DNA from: Camelus dromedarius
Lineage: Eukaryota
NCBI RefSeq assembly: GCF_036321535.1
Contig: NC_087436.1
Span: forward strand, 113,896,001-113,960,000
Direction of reading: 5' to 3'
DNA length: 64,000 bases
Below, in pieces: positions 37,713 through 50,203 of the stretch. The first letter of the stretch is position 1; each line of letters starts with the position of its first letter. The notes below the pieces were generated by a model. That model was not told the origin of the DNA, did not search any database, and was given only the letters and a program-made list of their open reading frames with translations. Position numbers and translations under genes: made by a program.

Positions 37713-38618
37713 TGTGACTTGCTTTGACATGACATGACATCTAGAATTCAGGAATTCTACTCAGCAAGTAACTGACTTACCATGAGTTAAGCATTGTTTT
37801 ATGTACTTCTAGTGAAATAAAATTTTTAAAGGACCTTAATTCATAGAGGTGCATAGTTCAGTGGGAGACATATGTCTGCAAACTAAATATATTAATTTAT
37901 GCCCATATACATTTATTCTACAAACATTTAAGAAGTAATCATTATGAACATGGCATTGTGTTGTATGATGGGCACTGCTCCTGTCCATAAGAAAGCACAA
38001 TCTAAAGAATAAAATTTAGAAAATAAAACACAAATACTGCTGAAGATTTAGGTAAGATTAAATCCCAACACCTTCACTAGAGCTTATGTAATTATGGTTC
38101 CCTATGATGTGAGTTCCTGATTCCAGTGATTTTGGTACATTAATGAGTCAGCTTGCTCCCTGTTCTATACTTTAATAATCCAGATATGGTTCTTCCCCCC
38201 AAAAAATTACTATATAAAGCTTCTGTCTGTGACAGACTTTCCTTGACATTGAAGATGAAGGTACAATTTGTGTAAGATAAAACAATGTAAAATTGTATGT
38301 CAGATATTATTCTTACTAAAAAACACTCTTTTGGCCATATTTCCACCAAATTTTTTTTTTCAGTGGCTTTCTCCACCCCATGTAGTTCCAGTCTTATGCC
38401 ATTTTCTGACCCATCTCTCCTTCTTTGGTCTCCTGTTTTTCTTTCTCTCTACCCCTTCTAAAATTAGCCCTGCTTTTTCTAACTACTTTAGACTGGGCCA
38501 ACTGGACTATCTCCAGCCCCAATTCACCAATTTGCCTCTAAGATTTGAATATTGAAATCGATATGAGTGGTCATCAGACTCAAAGAACCATTCATGGAGC
38601 AGAAGTCACCTACCTACC

Positions 38619-39049
38619 TGTCACAGGTTGGGTTCCTGGAGAAACAGACTCAGAGAAAGTTTATCAAGCAGAATATGTATTATAGAGTGCCCTTGCGACC
38701 AGCACCTGTAGGAGTGAAAGGAAGCAGGATTAGTTCCTAGAGGGAGAAATAGAACTGAGGTACAGTCCTGATAACCTCAGCTCAGCTCACAGGCAGCTCT
38801 GGGTACAAAACGTCCTGTTAGAGCTGTCCCACATTGGACTGAAAAAGCTGAACTTTTACATCTCCACCTCAATCAGCCAGTACAGCAGGCTTCCCTGGCA
38901 AGAGCATGTCTTTTAGCAAGATGGGTCTGGTAAGGCAAGACCTAAAGTTTTGGACACTGAAAGCTATCTACTTACAGCACGTCCAGAAGCTAAGGCAGTA
39001 AGTCCTTCTTTGAAAGGAGGTATGGATGGTGCATCACTGTGATTCCCAA
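38619..39049 (-). mobile_element. LTR16A-like ERVL LTR (3' LTR of the adjacent internal fragment)
   Basis: tgtcacaggttgggttcctggagaaacagactc, cacctgtagg...ggaagcaggatt, agagctgtccc, aagtccttctttgaa. Confidence 0.8.
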
Positions 39050-39720
39050 AGTACATTCATATTCACTTGAGAAGTAACTCCTCCTGAAGGGAACTTTAAA
39101 AAGGGATGTTAGTTAGAAGACCAACAACTCTTGCCTAGGCAGTTAGTCTTGGGGCCACAGCTGATACTCAGTTCCATTCTCCATTATCCAGTTTACATCC
39201 CCTTTGACTTTAGCTACCACCTCTGCGGGTACTGGAGGCTTGTCTTATCGTAAGACCCAGACCCTCCTTCCCTGTGGGGTATGTGCCCTGGTTACCGTGC
39301 TCTTCCCAGGCCACAGTTTCTGCTCCTGTCCAGTTACAATCACCATTGGATGATGGATCACCTGGACGCCAAAGATATTTCTGCTTAACTCCATCATGTA
39401 AAAGAAGCCCTACCTCCTCCTCATGACCAGGGTCAGTTACCTTTGTGGAGACAGTGCCTTGTCCTCTTGCCTGCTGTCCCTGTATACAAGAAACCTCAAG
39501 TGCCCAGGCACAGCCACAGCTCAATATACAGCTCTTGTTTTGTCCCCTTGTGGAAATATTGTCCCTTTGGGAATTAAGATCCATAACACTTCAGGGTCTA
39601 GAGTTGCAGGAAAAGGAAGCTCAAATTCTCCAAGTGGATTATTGAGAGCGATAGTTAAAGCGCTGTGCCTGCTTCCACCCCTTGGTTCCTAGATCTACGT
39701 GTTAATTTTACTGAAGACTA
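39050..39720 (-). mobile_element. ERVL internal fragment (ERV3-16A3-like): pol C-terminus and dUTPase remnant
   Basis: Minus-strand translations SRNQGVEAGTA, NPLGEFELPFPATL and VTDPGHEEEVGLLLHDGVKQKYLWRPGDP match ERVL pol/dUTPase (IDPDYQGEIGLLLHNGG..EYVW..GDP). Confidence 0.85.
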
Positions 39721-39754
39721 TACATTTCTCAGGGGAAACCTTTGAAACTTATTT

Positions 39755-40368
39755 TAAAAATCTTCAGTTTCTCTTTATCTCACTCAGGGTACAATCCAGA
39801 ATCCTTACAATGTCCTCAGTTTAGCTCCTTTTATCTTTCTGACCTCACCTCCTAATACTTTCTCCTTTTAGACGTTCTTGTTCCAAATACCCTGGCTTTC
39901 TGGTGTTACTGGAATATTCCAGACTTGTTCCCATCTCAGAGACTTAGTGCTTGCTACTTGTCCTGTCTGGCACACCATCCCCCTGCTACCTTCTAGTTCA
40001 TTTCTTCAAATATTTCAGGTGTTTGCTCAGATGTCCTCTTCCCAGTGAGGTTTTCCTTTTTCACTCTGTTTAAAAGTCTTTACATTCCCTGGAATCTCAT
40101 GACTTCGTAATGCCTTCCCAATTTACGTTTACACTCTTCTCCACAGAACTAATCACCAGCTAATCTCTCTGCATTTATTTCTGTATTGTCTGTCTCCCCC
40201 ACCAATATGTAAACTCCATGAAGGTAGGGGGGTTTTTGTTTGGATGTTAATTTTGTTTTGTTTTAGCCTGTTTTGGCTATTTTGGTTTTTACTATTTCCT
40301 CAATGCTTAGAACAGGATGTGACACAGAGTAGGTGCATGAGAAATATTTGTTTAATTAGTAAACAAAC
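39755..40368 (+). mobile_element. L2a 3' region
   Basis: atccttacaatg, tgctcagatgtcctcttcccagtgagg, atgtaaactccatgaaggtagg, aatgcttagaacag...gacacagagtaggtgc..gaaatatttg. Confidence 0.88.
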
Positions 40369-40899
40369 ATAAAAAGTGTCATTATCATTATTCATTCACT
40401 AGTTCCGGTATAAAAAGGTACAATTAGGAGTGTAAATACACAGACTAAAAAAAAAAAAAAAGAATCAACTGGACAGGAATGTGGGGCACAAAATTTGGAC
40501 AGATGTAAAGGAACTACACTGCTTCAGCCTTATCTTCTCAAGACTTTCTGTATTGAGTTTTTGTCGAAGGATCAAGGTAAAAATATGAAACTAAGACTAA
40601 TGTTGAGTTTTCAGTAGCTTTTGCCTGACTTTGGTTTAGAATTATAGCTTGTTAGAGCCTGAAGAAACTTGTAGAAGGACACAGTGATTTATGAAAGAGT
40701 AGCATCTATTTTTTATTAAGGTGCCTTTCCACCAAAACCAAGGACAGCTATTTAACTTGGTTGATACTGAAAAATTTAAGAAGTTCCAAGTGTTACAGAT
40801 TTCCGTCAAGCAAAGAAAGTCAGATCTCCTAGCATGAGTGATACTGTGGCTTCTTTTATTCCTTGTATTGCTACTAAATCAACATGATGCATATGTACG

Positions 40900-42400
40900 G
40901 GCATCCATTTACTCAATAAGTTTTTTAAAACCTACTATGTTAACCCCTAAAATGTGCCAGATATTTTGCAAAGTATGCAGACACCACAAATAGATGTGAC
41001 AAAATACAAACCACTGAAGACCTCAGGCTTCAATACTAGCAACAAATAATCTGTGGCTCGACAATGGGATTAATGCTAACGTGAGTGGTGTGAAGGTGGT
41101 GTACTCGGGGCCGTAGGAAGACAGAAAAAGAATGAGTTAAAGAAGGCATTGCATAGATGAAGATTTCAAAGCCGAACCCTGATGGATAAGTGTTACTTTA
41201 CATGGTTGGAATAAAAGGGATTTTCTTTTTTGGCAGAGGGGTATATATGAATATATAATTGATCCATGAAAGAGTAGGCTATGTTGAATGAATAGAAAAT
41301 TGATATGATCATTACATCAGCAAGCTATTTTATAGTGTCAAATATGTTCTACACACTATTATAGGAGCTTTATCCCCATGTGAGTTTTGATACTCAGAGT
41401 AGTCCTATGGAGGAGGTACTATTATTACATCTGTTTCATAGATGAAGTGGATTAGCTTAGATCCTCTAAGAAGCAGATATCAAGAAAAAAATTAAGTATA
41501 CAAGTTCATTATGGGAAATAACACGTGAGGGAAAATGGGAAGGGATCAGTGGAGGTCAGGGTAGCTGTGCAGACCAGCAAGCAGGTGTAACCTTTGTGAA
41601 GGGCAAAAGGAAGGAAGAAATATTGAGTGAAAGAGTTCAAAGCTGCAGTGAGTCTGAGGAAGTTCCACAAGGCCAATGGGAAGTCTTCAGGCCAAAGACC
41701 CCTATCAGCGGGGTCCTGTGCATCTCAGGAAGGAATCTGCTTTAGTAGCCCTTCTGTTTCCAGTCACTGCTTGGTAGAGCCTGTGTGGAGCCTGGCGTCA
41801 GCATGCGTGTGCTCATGTATTTCAGAGGGTGACATCTGGGGCCATCAGTCCATTTGATTCTCCTTGCTGTTGGAGATCTCGTGGGCACATACTCAGAGCC
41901 ACCACATGAAGAAACTGAAGAACTGACATGATTCCACTGAGGTCAAAGAGGTCAAACGTGCCAGAGTCTATCTCAGCCAGTTTTGCTCCAACCTCATGCT
42001 TAAAGCATAGTACAGTTAAAGTAGGAAAAAGTCATATCAGATTTCAATTTGAGAACAGTCACTCTGATAACTAGGTGATAGGTAGAACAACACAATGAAA
42101 AGAAATTTAAGTGGAAAGACCAGAAGGGAGTCGGATGCAGTCGTCCAGAAAAGAAGTTTTGAAGATCTAATTGAAAAGGAGTAGCAGCAAAGAGCAGGAG
42201 GATTTCAAAGCTATTTAGTCAGTAGAATCAAGCGGGTTTGGTGACTGACAGTATATGGGGAAGGAGAGGGAAGAGTGGAAAATGTCATAAGTGTTTCTAG
42301 TGTTAGGAGAAACTGAGAGTATAATAGTGGCATGGCAAGAAAAGATTGAATTCTTGCCTTGAATGTATTGAGCTTGAGAAGTTACTACATATCCAAGTCT
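40900..42400 (-). mobile_element. L2 split by a MIR, itself split by LTR16C
   Basis: L2 tail catccatttactcaataag at about 40900; L2 body resumes about 42030 (cagatttcaatttgagaacagtcactctg...gtagaatcaag...ttggtgactga...ttgagcttgag); MIR about 41320-42005. Confidence 0.7.
41448..41906 (-). mobile_element. LTR16C-like ERVL solo LTR
   Basis: TG...CA ends with perfect 5-bp TSD tgaag (41443-41447, 41907-41911); tgagggaaaatggga, ggccaatgggaagtcttcaggccaaag, ggagatct...gccaccaca. Confidence 0.92.
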
Positions 42401-42796
42401 TTGATAAGCACAGTGGAATCATCTAAAGGAATATAAAGTTTATTTTTGTGATTTGATAGAATTTTATTATTTATCACTGTTTAGTATAATTTAAGAAATA
42501 ACACTGGAAGGTAGGTATGTTTATAAGAATAAGCACTTTATTGGTGATGAGATTGATACTCAGTAAGGTTGGTCATCTCTTCCAAGGTCATGTAGCTTAA
42601 AAATGACAGGATCCATGGTAATAGATCATTGTAAATGACATTATAAAGCTGTTGCCAGCTCCTTACCCTCTGCTCAAAGCTTTTTCCTTTGAATGTAAGA
42701 AGAAAGTTGAAGATATGGAGTAGCAACTCAGTTGAGGCTTCAAACAACAGACTGAGAGGTTGAGTTTCATCCTATGAGAAGAATTACCACTTGCAG

Positions 42797-43090
42797 AGTC
42801 ATCACCACAACCTATGCCATAAACCTATCTGACACCTCCAAATATTTTCTCCCACCCTCTTCATTTAATTTTTTCATGATAAGAACACATTAGATTTACA
42901 CTCTCAGCAAATTCCTAAGTATACAGTACAGTATTATTAACTACAGGCACTCTGCTGTAGAGTAAATCTCTAGGTCTTATTCAGCTTGCTTAACTGAATC
43001 TTTGTACCCTTGGACCAACATTGCCCCCTTTCCTCCTGCTTTCAGCCCCTGGAAACTACCATTCTGCTTTCTGCTTCTATGAATCTGATT
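42797..43090 (-). mobile_element. L1MA9/10-like 3' UTR fragment
   Basis: gataagaacac, tacagtattattaactacaggcac, taactgaatctttgtacccttggaccaaca, cagcccctggaaactaccattctgct. Confidence 0.85.
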
Positions 43091-43360
43091 CCCTGTTTCT
43101 ATATGTGTATCTTCTCTTGTGGCTATTTTCTTTCTATGTCCCAGTTGACCTCAGTCATGGAACATGGCTTCTTTTCTTAGATATTCCGAAAGCACCATTT
43201 ACAGAGGACATTCACATGGAGGAGAATTTTACAAGAGATTTGGGTGCAACAGCAGACATGAAGAACAGAGCAGGAGGACAGCAGAACCCATAACTGAATA
43301 TCAAATATTAAACAGTACTGCTATTTCTCAATTCACACTTGCCAGAGGTAGTTCTTAATT

Positions 43361-43442
43361 TTCCCTTCCTTCCTTCCTTCCTCCCTCCTTTCCTTCCTTC
43401 CTTCCTTCCTTCCTTCTCTTCCTTCCTTCCTTCTTTCTTTCC
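43361..43442. repeat. (CCTT)n-type simple repeat
   Basis: Directly visible. Confidence 0.9.
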
Positions 43443-44234
43443 TCTGGCTTCAAAGTTTTATCTTCATTTCTCACTCTGCCAGTGCATCTTCCTTCTCTTA
43501 AACTCCAGAATTCCTCTGCAGCTCTGATGCAAGGTGGTTTAATGATCTCTTTGTGTCACTCTGGCACATTTTGATGTGTCCCCAAACATTCCAGTTAAGG
43601 TGAGCTCTTATATAAGAGAGTTTTTTTTCCACCTGAGAAGAATCCTGCAATCAGCCTTGACTACTGTGGGTTTGTTCCTTCTCACCTCTCTCCTCGCTGT
43701 CTTCGCCTTCTTTCTACCTCATTTACCATGCTTTTTTATTATCCATAAATGTATGAATAAATATATTTCTTTGGGGAAAACTGCAAACTGTCCTTTAATA
43801 ACTGCCTTGAGATTGTGTCTCTTTTCTTCCTATTGTTCTATCCACAAAGCTAAGCTTTGATGTCTGTGGCTGAACCTAAGACCTCACCATGCATCAAGTC
43901 AGTATAAAAATAAGCTTATTAAAGTCTCACAACTGCCTTGCGAACTGTGGTGCTGTCAAGCAAATGGGACTCACCTGTCAGATTTAATATACCAGTATTG
44001 GACAGGTCTGTCCTTCTGTTTCATGCTGTCCCAGGTAAGGATGGAAGTAACATTAAGTTTATAAAGTTGTGTGTATATTATGGGGAAATTTCAGCCTTCA
44101 CCTAATTTACCTACCTGTGTCTTTGGCCTTCTTAACTTCTGGTCCTTCCTACCCTCTGACACCAAATAAGTCCTTGGGCGCAACTATGATTTTCCCACTT
44201 TTGAATTCAAGACTTTTCCATAACTCACCCACTG

Positions 44235-44395
44235 ACCATGGAGCCTGAAGACTTGACATCATATCTTGGCTCTTTCATCCAAGGTCCATGTGACCTTGGG
44301 CAAGTCACTTGCGTGGCTGAGTTTAGTGTCCATCCCTGTAAAATGGGCACATTCTCTGACTATTCTATAGGTGTGTCATGAAGATCCACTTTGGA
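44235..44395 (+). mobile_element. MIR fragment
   Basis: catgtgaccttgggcaagtcactt...catccctgtaaaatggg. Confidence 0.8.
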
Positions 44396-44984
44396 AATAA
44401 GCTCAAGAGCATTTCTTCCCAAACTCATCAAGTTCTGTATATTAAATATGCACGGCTTTTTGTACATCAAAAATATTTTCTAAAAAAGTTAAGAATAATA
44501 GGTAATCAGTTGAGAGATGACAACTAATAATGAACAAACAACCCTGGGACTTGCCAAAATCTCAGGTACTGCTTCAGATTTCCAGAGAAGAAAAGAGTGG
44601 CATTTGAGCCAAGCCTGTCTCCTTTCACAGGACATTGGGGGCACAGCTGATATCTGCTTGACACATGCTTTGGTGTTACCCCTATTTCTGTGGTATCTTC
44701 CCCACTGGCTGTGGTAAGTCAGGGGTGGTTATTATGGCAAAAACAGCCACCTGTTCCATGAAAAACTCCTGTAAGCAGACTGACTATAACCACTTACTGA
44801 CAATGTGACCTTGGACAACTGCTTAACCTACTAAGCCTCATTTTTTTCCTAATTTGTACAATAGACATAATAATACATAGTAATACTTATGCAAACAGAT
44901 GGTTATTATTATTACTCTGCTCTCATTGATCTCTGGGTTATCTGTGATCTTACTACTCTGCATCCATGTCCCCAGAAGATATGT

Positions 44985-45790
44985 TAAGCACATCACGAGT
45001 TCTCAGAAGCATCCTTGAATTCCTCTCTCTTCCCTCACCCACCTGCTGTCACATTCAATTCATCAGTGAGTCCAGGAAAGCATAGCTGAAAACTTCATCC
45101 AAATGCGGTTTACTTCTTCACTCTTCCTCTACTCTGGCCACCCTAGTCTGAAGTCATGGTGGTCTCTCCCCTGGACTGTGACATCTTCTCCTTTCTGCTA
45201 CACTCCCTCCTCCACAAGGCAGCCATGCAATCGGGCTATGTCACTCTCCCATCTAAGACCTGCCAATGGCTTTCCAGCATTATTAGAATAAAATTCACAC
45301 TCCTTGCTGTGACCTCTCAGGCTCTGCTGAACGTGGTGGCTCACCTCCCCTCCCCACCTCCCTTTCTCACTCTGCTCCAGCCACCTGGCCTCTGTTCTCT
45401 CCTCCCCATCTCCCCCGCTGCTGCCTCTTTCCCTTCCCTCCTGCCTTCTCCTTCTTTGTTTTCTTCCCCCGGGAGCCAGTGCTTTGGAGGCTTTGCACCT
45501 TCTGCTCCCTCTTTCCATACCTTCCCGTAGTTGGCTTGTTTGTGACACTCTGAACTCTGTGTCTGAACTCAAATATCCTCTTCATAGGGCCATTCTTGGT
45601 CATTCAATCTAGAAAGTCCCTCTTCCCATCACTCCATAACACACCGATTTTATTTCTTTTAGATTACTTATCCCCAGTTGACAGTGACTTGTCCATGAAT
45701 GTGTTTGCTATTTTTTTTCATCTGTTTCCCTCCTGAAACATAACATAGATGAGAGAAAGAGCCTTAACTATTTGGTTCAAAGAAGTAATT
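44985..45790 (+). mobile_element. L2a fragment
   Basis: catccttgaattcctctctcttccctcaccc, tctctcccctggactg, caatggctttcc...agaataaaattca, aactcaaatatcctcttc. Confidence 0.85.
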
Positions 45791-45822
45791 AATATATGAT
45801 TTTTCAATATCTAATTAAACTA

Positions 45823-45965
45823 TTAGTTTTCAACTTTTGGGAGCCACGGTCTTCTTTAGTATCTGTGGTAAGCAATATCCACTTGCTACAGATAACTGCA
45901 TACACTCATGCAATCTTGCATGAAATTTTGGGGGATTCTTGGATCCTAGATGAAGATTTCATGAC
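45823..45965. mobile_element. MER117-like hAT MITE
   Basis: caacttttgggagccacgg...tgcatacac...aatcttgcatgaaattttgggggattc. Confidence 0.55.
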
Positions 45966-46004
45966 TAGATGATGAACTTTTGAAGGCAAAGATTAGAGAG
46001 TGTA

Positions 46005-46439
46005 CAGGGTTCCACCATATCTGAAAGTAGAGTGTTCATATGAAAATTTCCTAAGTCAAAATGGCATAAATCAAAAAAGCAATTACCTTAGGACCCATCT
46101 TGCTAACAGATGGATGTACAAAATAAATCGAGATAAAGCACAGATGCTCACAGACACAGTTCAAAGCTATGGCGCTTGATGCTGAGATGCTGAGTGTAAT
46201 TCCCAGGAAGCTCCCAGCAAGGAGGGTAGAGGTGCCCCTCACTATCAGGGTGCGTGTTGCCTCTATCAGGACTTCTGCAAAACACATGCTTAATGCTATT
46301 TTCACTTTCTGCTTTTTTTAAAAAATAAAAGTGAAAATCCTCTTCGGATTTCTTTCGGTTATTGAAACAAGTACATTACTAATGTAGGCCTTTCATAAAA
46401 GCTAAGTGGTGTAAACTTGTGAAAAGCAGGGAGTATCTG
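46005..46439. mobile_element. Tigger-type (TcMar) non-autonomous element
   Basis: TA flanks at 46003-46004 and 46440-46441; CAG...CTG ends with imperfect TIRs (CAGGGTTCCACC..GAAAGT / CAGATACTCCCTGC..CAAGT). Confidence 0.75.
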
Positions 46440-46496
46440 TAAGGCTACCTGTGGAGCTATTGTGTGTCATGTCAGTCTCAGCCTATCAATAACTAA

Positions 46497-46998
46497 TGTT
46501 GTGGCTGAACCAGCCCTTGTGGTTCTCATTATGACTGCACGACACCCTTCAGCAATAATCATCAGGAAACTTTGGAGAAATAAATGTTTATTATGCACAT
46601 AACCTGGAAATTACATAGCACACTATGTCCACACAGTGAGATCACAGGTAGAGAGAGACAGAGAGAGTGAGAGCATGCAGGGGCCTGGGATTCTGCTTTT
46701 ATTGGGGTCAATGTTGGGGACGTCGGGTTTTGCAGGCTTTTCCTTTATCGGTGATTTAAAATGTAAGAGCCAAAATTTAAAGCTGAGGGAGAGAAAAAAA
46801 AAAAAAATTGAAGCCCAAACAGTCAGTTCTTGAAATCAACCACAATGTCTGAGACAAAGGGGCCTGCAGACAACATGGTGTTGCTGAAAGTGTGTTTTTT
46901 CAAGATGGCCCTTTTCGAAGAAGATGCCTTGGCAATCAAAGCTTAAGTCAGGCACTTGTTTCACGAAAAGAAAAGTCAACTGTCAGGCTTAAACCGCA
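46497..46998 (-). mobile_element. Solo LTR-like element, family uncertain
   Basis: TG start and CA end, minus-strand AATAAA near 46587 and TATA-like AATAAAAG near 46697, LTR-like size; no TSD found. Confidence 0.5.
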
Positions 46999-47044
46999 GG
47001 AAACTAGCCAAAGCCTTGGCATAAAGAAGCACACAGTTTACATC

Positions 47045-47213
47045 CTTAGAGTTACAGAGTGGCAGCATGGTAAAGGACCACAACGCATATCTCAAACAAT
47101 CCACTGATTTTACATGTAAGGTAACTGGGTCCAGAAAGGGAAAGCAACTTATCAAACGTCACAGAGACAATAAACCGCAGGGCTAGTCGGAGGATCCAGT
47201 TCTCCTGACTCAG
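47045..47213 (-). mobile_element. MIR3-like fragment
   Basis: attttacatgtaaggtaactgggtccagaaagggaaagcaactt...gtcacagag...tctcctgactc. Confidence 0.7.
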
Positions 47214-48299
47214 TACGTATGACGATTTCTTTCTTGTTTCGCAAATTCAGGGAGTTGAACTAAGGCCTCTAATATTCCTTAGAGGGTCTGCCAAGCCAAA
47301 GCTATTTTTTATGAATCAAAAGTCAATTAAAAGTTGTACTTTATAAAAGTAGATGATGTATGATCTTCTATAAACCTGACAGCATATTTTTTCCTCAAGC
47401 CTTAGATCTAAAATCAAACAAGGAAAACAAGAACAGAATGGTCAGAGGAGGTAAGGCATAAATTCTAAGTGTGTGACTCAATCTCAGATTTAAAGCAGTT
47501 CAAGGCCTAAGAAATTTTCAACTGTCTTTTATCAGATATGTACAGAGAAATGGAATTTGTCTCTGTTTGGAAGCCTTATGATTTCTCCCGAGGCAAGCTG
47601 AAAGAAAGATACAGAATTTCTTAAGATGGCACACAAAAGCTGGAGAGGGACAGACTTGGGACTTTCCTCTGCTCAATTCCTCATTCTACTCAGAGCTGGT
47701 ATTTCCAGTTGCTGAGGAAGGAAAAAAAAAGTTGCTAATGATCCATCCTCGGCGTGAATGATTTATTAAATTCAATGTTAACTGAACTCCTGTGAAGAAT
47801 CCAGGAAATATAATTCTTATCTCTTAGTTATAAGTGTAAATATAAACATTTAACTGCAACTGTGACTTGCAACTTAAAATGTGTTTATTGTTTGCAAGCC
47901 CCCCGTTTCCCCTCCAGTTGGAAAGTATGCAGTCCGTGCATCTCCCCAGATTACACGTGTAGATATTTATGTCAGGAGTCTTTAATATGGAAAGGAAGAT
48001 CATTTAAAGGTGTCCATATTGCTTTAGAACAAGTTTTCTATTCCATTTTCTGTACCATAATTATCTGCTCATCTAGGATCATTCAGTGATGTTATAAGAC
48101 TGTGAATAACTAGCATTTCTACTTATTTATTTTCTATTACATTGTTCCAAATACATCACCCCCTAAAAATGTGAAATTGAGGAATTTCCCCAAACCATCC
48201 AAATATCTTAACATCACATATAACCCTCATAGGGTCCAACTTTAGTAACTTTATATTACCCTCCTCAATATTACCAGCCCCTTCCCCCAGTTACCAGCC

Positions 48300-48689
48300 C
48301 TCTGCTTCATCTCTACTTACAAACTTAAATTTCCCCTCAAACATACCATTATATTATGTGTCTCGGTGCCTTTGCACATGCTAGGCACTCTGGGATTTTT
48401 TTCCTTCCATGTCTACATTTATTCACCTTTAATATCTAAGTAAAGGATTTTCCCCTCTATGAAGCCTTCTTTGATGTTTAAAAGCAGTTTTAATAGATGC
48501 TTCCTTTATTCTTTCCCATTTTTCAGTGGGTTTCCCCATTACTGCATTTATAGGATTCTGCACACTCATATCTGCCTTTCCCCCCACCCTCACACACTCT
48601 TATACTTTCACAGAGGTCAAGGTTTGTGTCCTATCCATCTATGTCATTCCATTGTATAATACATTGTCTGGAGCAGAGTAGGGTGAAAA

Positions 48690-48692
<3 letters not shown>
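48300..48692 (+). mobile_element. L2 3' fragment
   Basis: tctcggtgcctttgcacatgct, ccctctatgaagccttct, tgtgtcctatccatctatgt...ttgtctggagcagagtagg. Confidence 0.7.
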
Positions 48693-48722
<30 letters not shown>

Positions 48723-48750
48723 CCTATCTACCTATCTATCTATCTATCTA
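48693..48750. repeat. (TATC)n tetranucleotide STR with TACC variants
   Basis: (TATC)7 TACC TATC TACC (TATC)4. Confidence 0.95.
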
Positions 48751-49369
48751 TATAAACTATCCTGATTGAAGATTAGAAATTTGTAAAGAGTAAGGAGTGA
48801 ACAATACTAAAATATAATGATTCTGGGTATTAAGATGGAGGAGATTGTAGGGGGAGAAAGATAGCATTGTGATGCACCAAAAGAGGTATTTAGAAAGAAA
48901 ATTTAAAAGAGGAAAGAAGATCAAAAGAAAAATGATGTAGCAATGGGACTGAGCCCAGCCTCCCAAATGAACTGTGTAAAAGAAGATAATAGGAAGAGGA
49001 CGTGCCAGGGAGATGGCAATGACCTGGAGAAAATGGCGGCTGCAAAAGTTCCAGTAGGTGCACTCTTGAAGGGCAAGTGTTCTGAGCCCCAGCAGAACAG
49101 CTAATAAACAACTCCTTAATATCACAGCTATTGGTCTGCAGCCTAATTTCCTGATAATGCCTCATAATCCACCAGCTACAAGGTGGGAAGAAAATGAAGA
49201 GAAATGGAGGAAGAAGGAGTTTGGGAAGGGAAGGCAGGGCAAAAGAAGGCAAAAGAAAGAACAAGAAGAGAGCAAGAAAATGAAGAAAGAAAATAAAAGA
49301 TGAAGAGAACAAAACCTCATGGATACATAAAGCTGACTTTGATGATTTTTCTGCTTCAACAGGTTTTAT

Positions 49370-50010
49370 TTTTATTTAATTGATAATACCTACATATTTC
49401 GATATTCAAAAGAGATGGCCATATAGAGGCAATCAATGATAGCAAATTTCTTACGTGCCTTTATTCTTTCTGAGACATTTTATAAATATACGAACATGTC
49501 TATTTTTATTATTTTTATATAAATGGTAATATAAAAATACATACACATTATGCATACTCTTCTACATTGTTCTCTTTTCACTTAGATACATCTTCAATTG
49601 TATTATCACTGCATAAACAGCCTCATAATTTAAACGGCTACCTTGAATTCCATTGAATGCTTTTGTATCAAGTTATTTAGCTAGTATCTCACTGATGGAA
49701 AGCTAGGCGATTTCAATCTTCTGAAACCTAACAGTGTGTTTGTGTGTATAAATATGCACACACACAGTTTTAAACATCTGGTGGTATATTTGCTGAATAA
49801 TGGAATTGTTTCATCAAATATACATGGACTTCGTGATTTTGGTGAATATGCCAAATCACCACCACAGATGAGGAACCACCATTTTCCATTTCCGTGATTT
49901 CTATGATGTATATTCCTCTTTCCCTATAGCCACATAAAAATAATATGCTACCAAACTCTGAGCTCTTTGCCAGTCTTGCAGGTGAAGAACAGTATCTCTG
50001 TTTAATTGTT
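49370..50010 (-). mobile_element. L1ME-type 3' fragment
   Basis: tataaatggtaat, ttttcacttag, attccattgaatg, ctgatgga, tggaattg, tttgccagtct. Confidence 0.6.
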
Positions 50011-50203
50011 TAGATTTTTAGACATCAGGTTCACATAACTGAGTTATAATTTTTGATTTACAATGCCCTAACGTCACTGGGCCATGTATGGCTTTCCTTG
50101 AGAATATTTCACTTGTTTCACCATTTAATTAATTAATTAGTGTAAGACATACATGACCCTCATTGCACAACCCCCAAATTAAAACATTAGCTGGATATAA
50201 GTA

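Noticed and set aside
45103..45603. Overlapping 62-124 aa ORFs
   Set aside because: Lie inside a pyrimidine-rich L2a fragment
48757..49359. Hydrophobic F/L/S-rich ORFs
   Set aside because: Largely the translation of a GA-rich low-complexity tract read antisense
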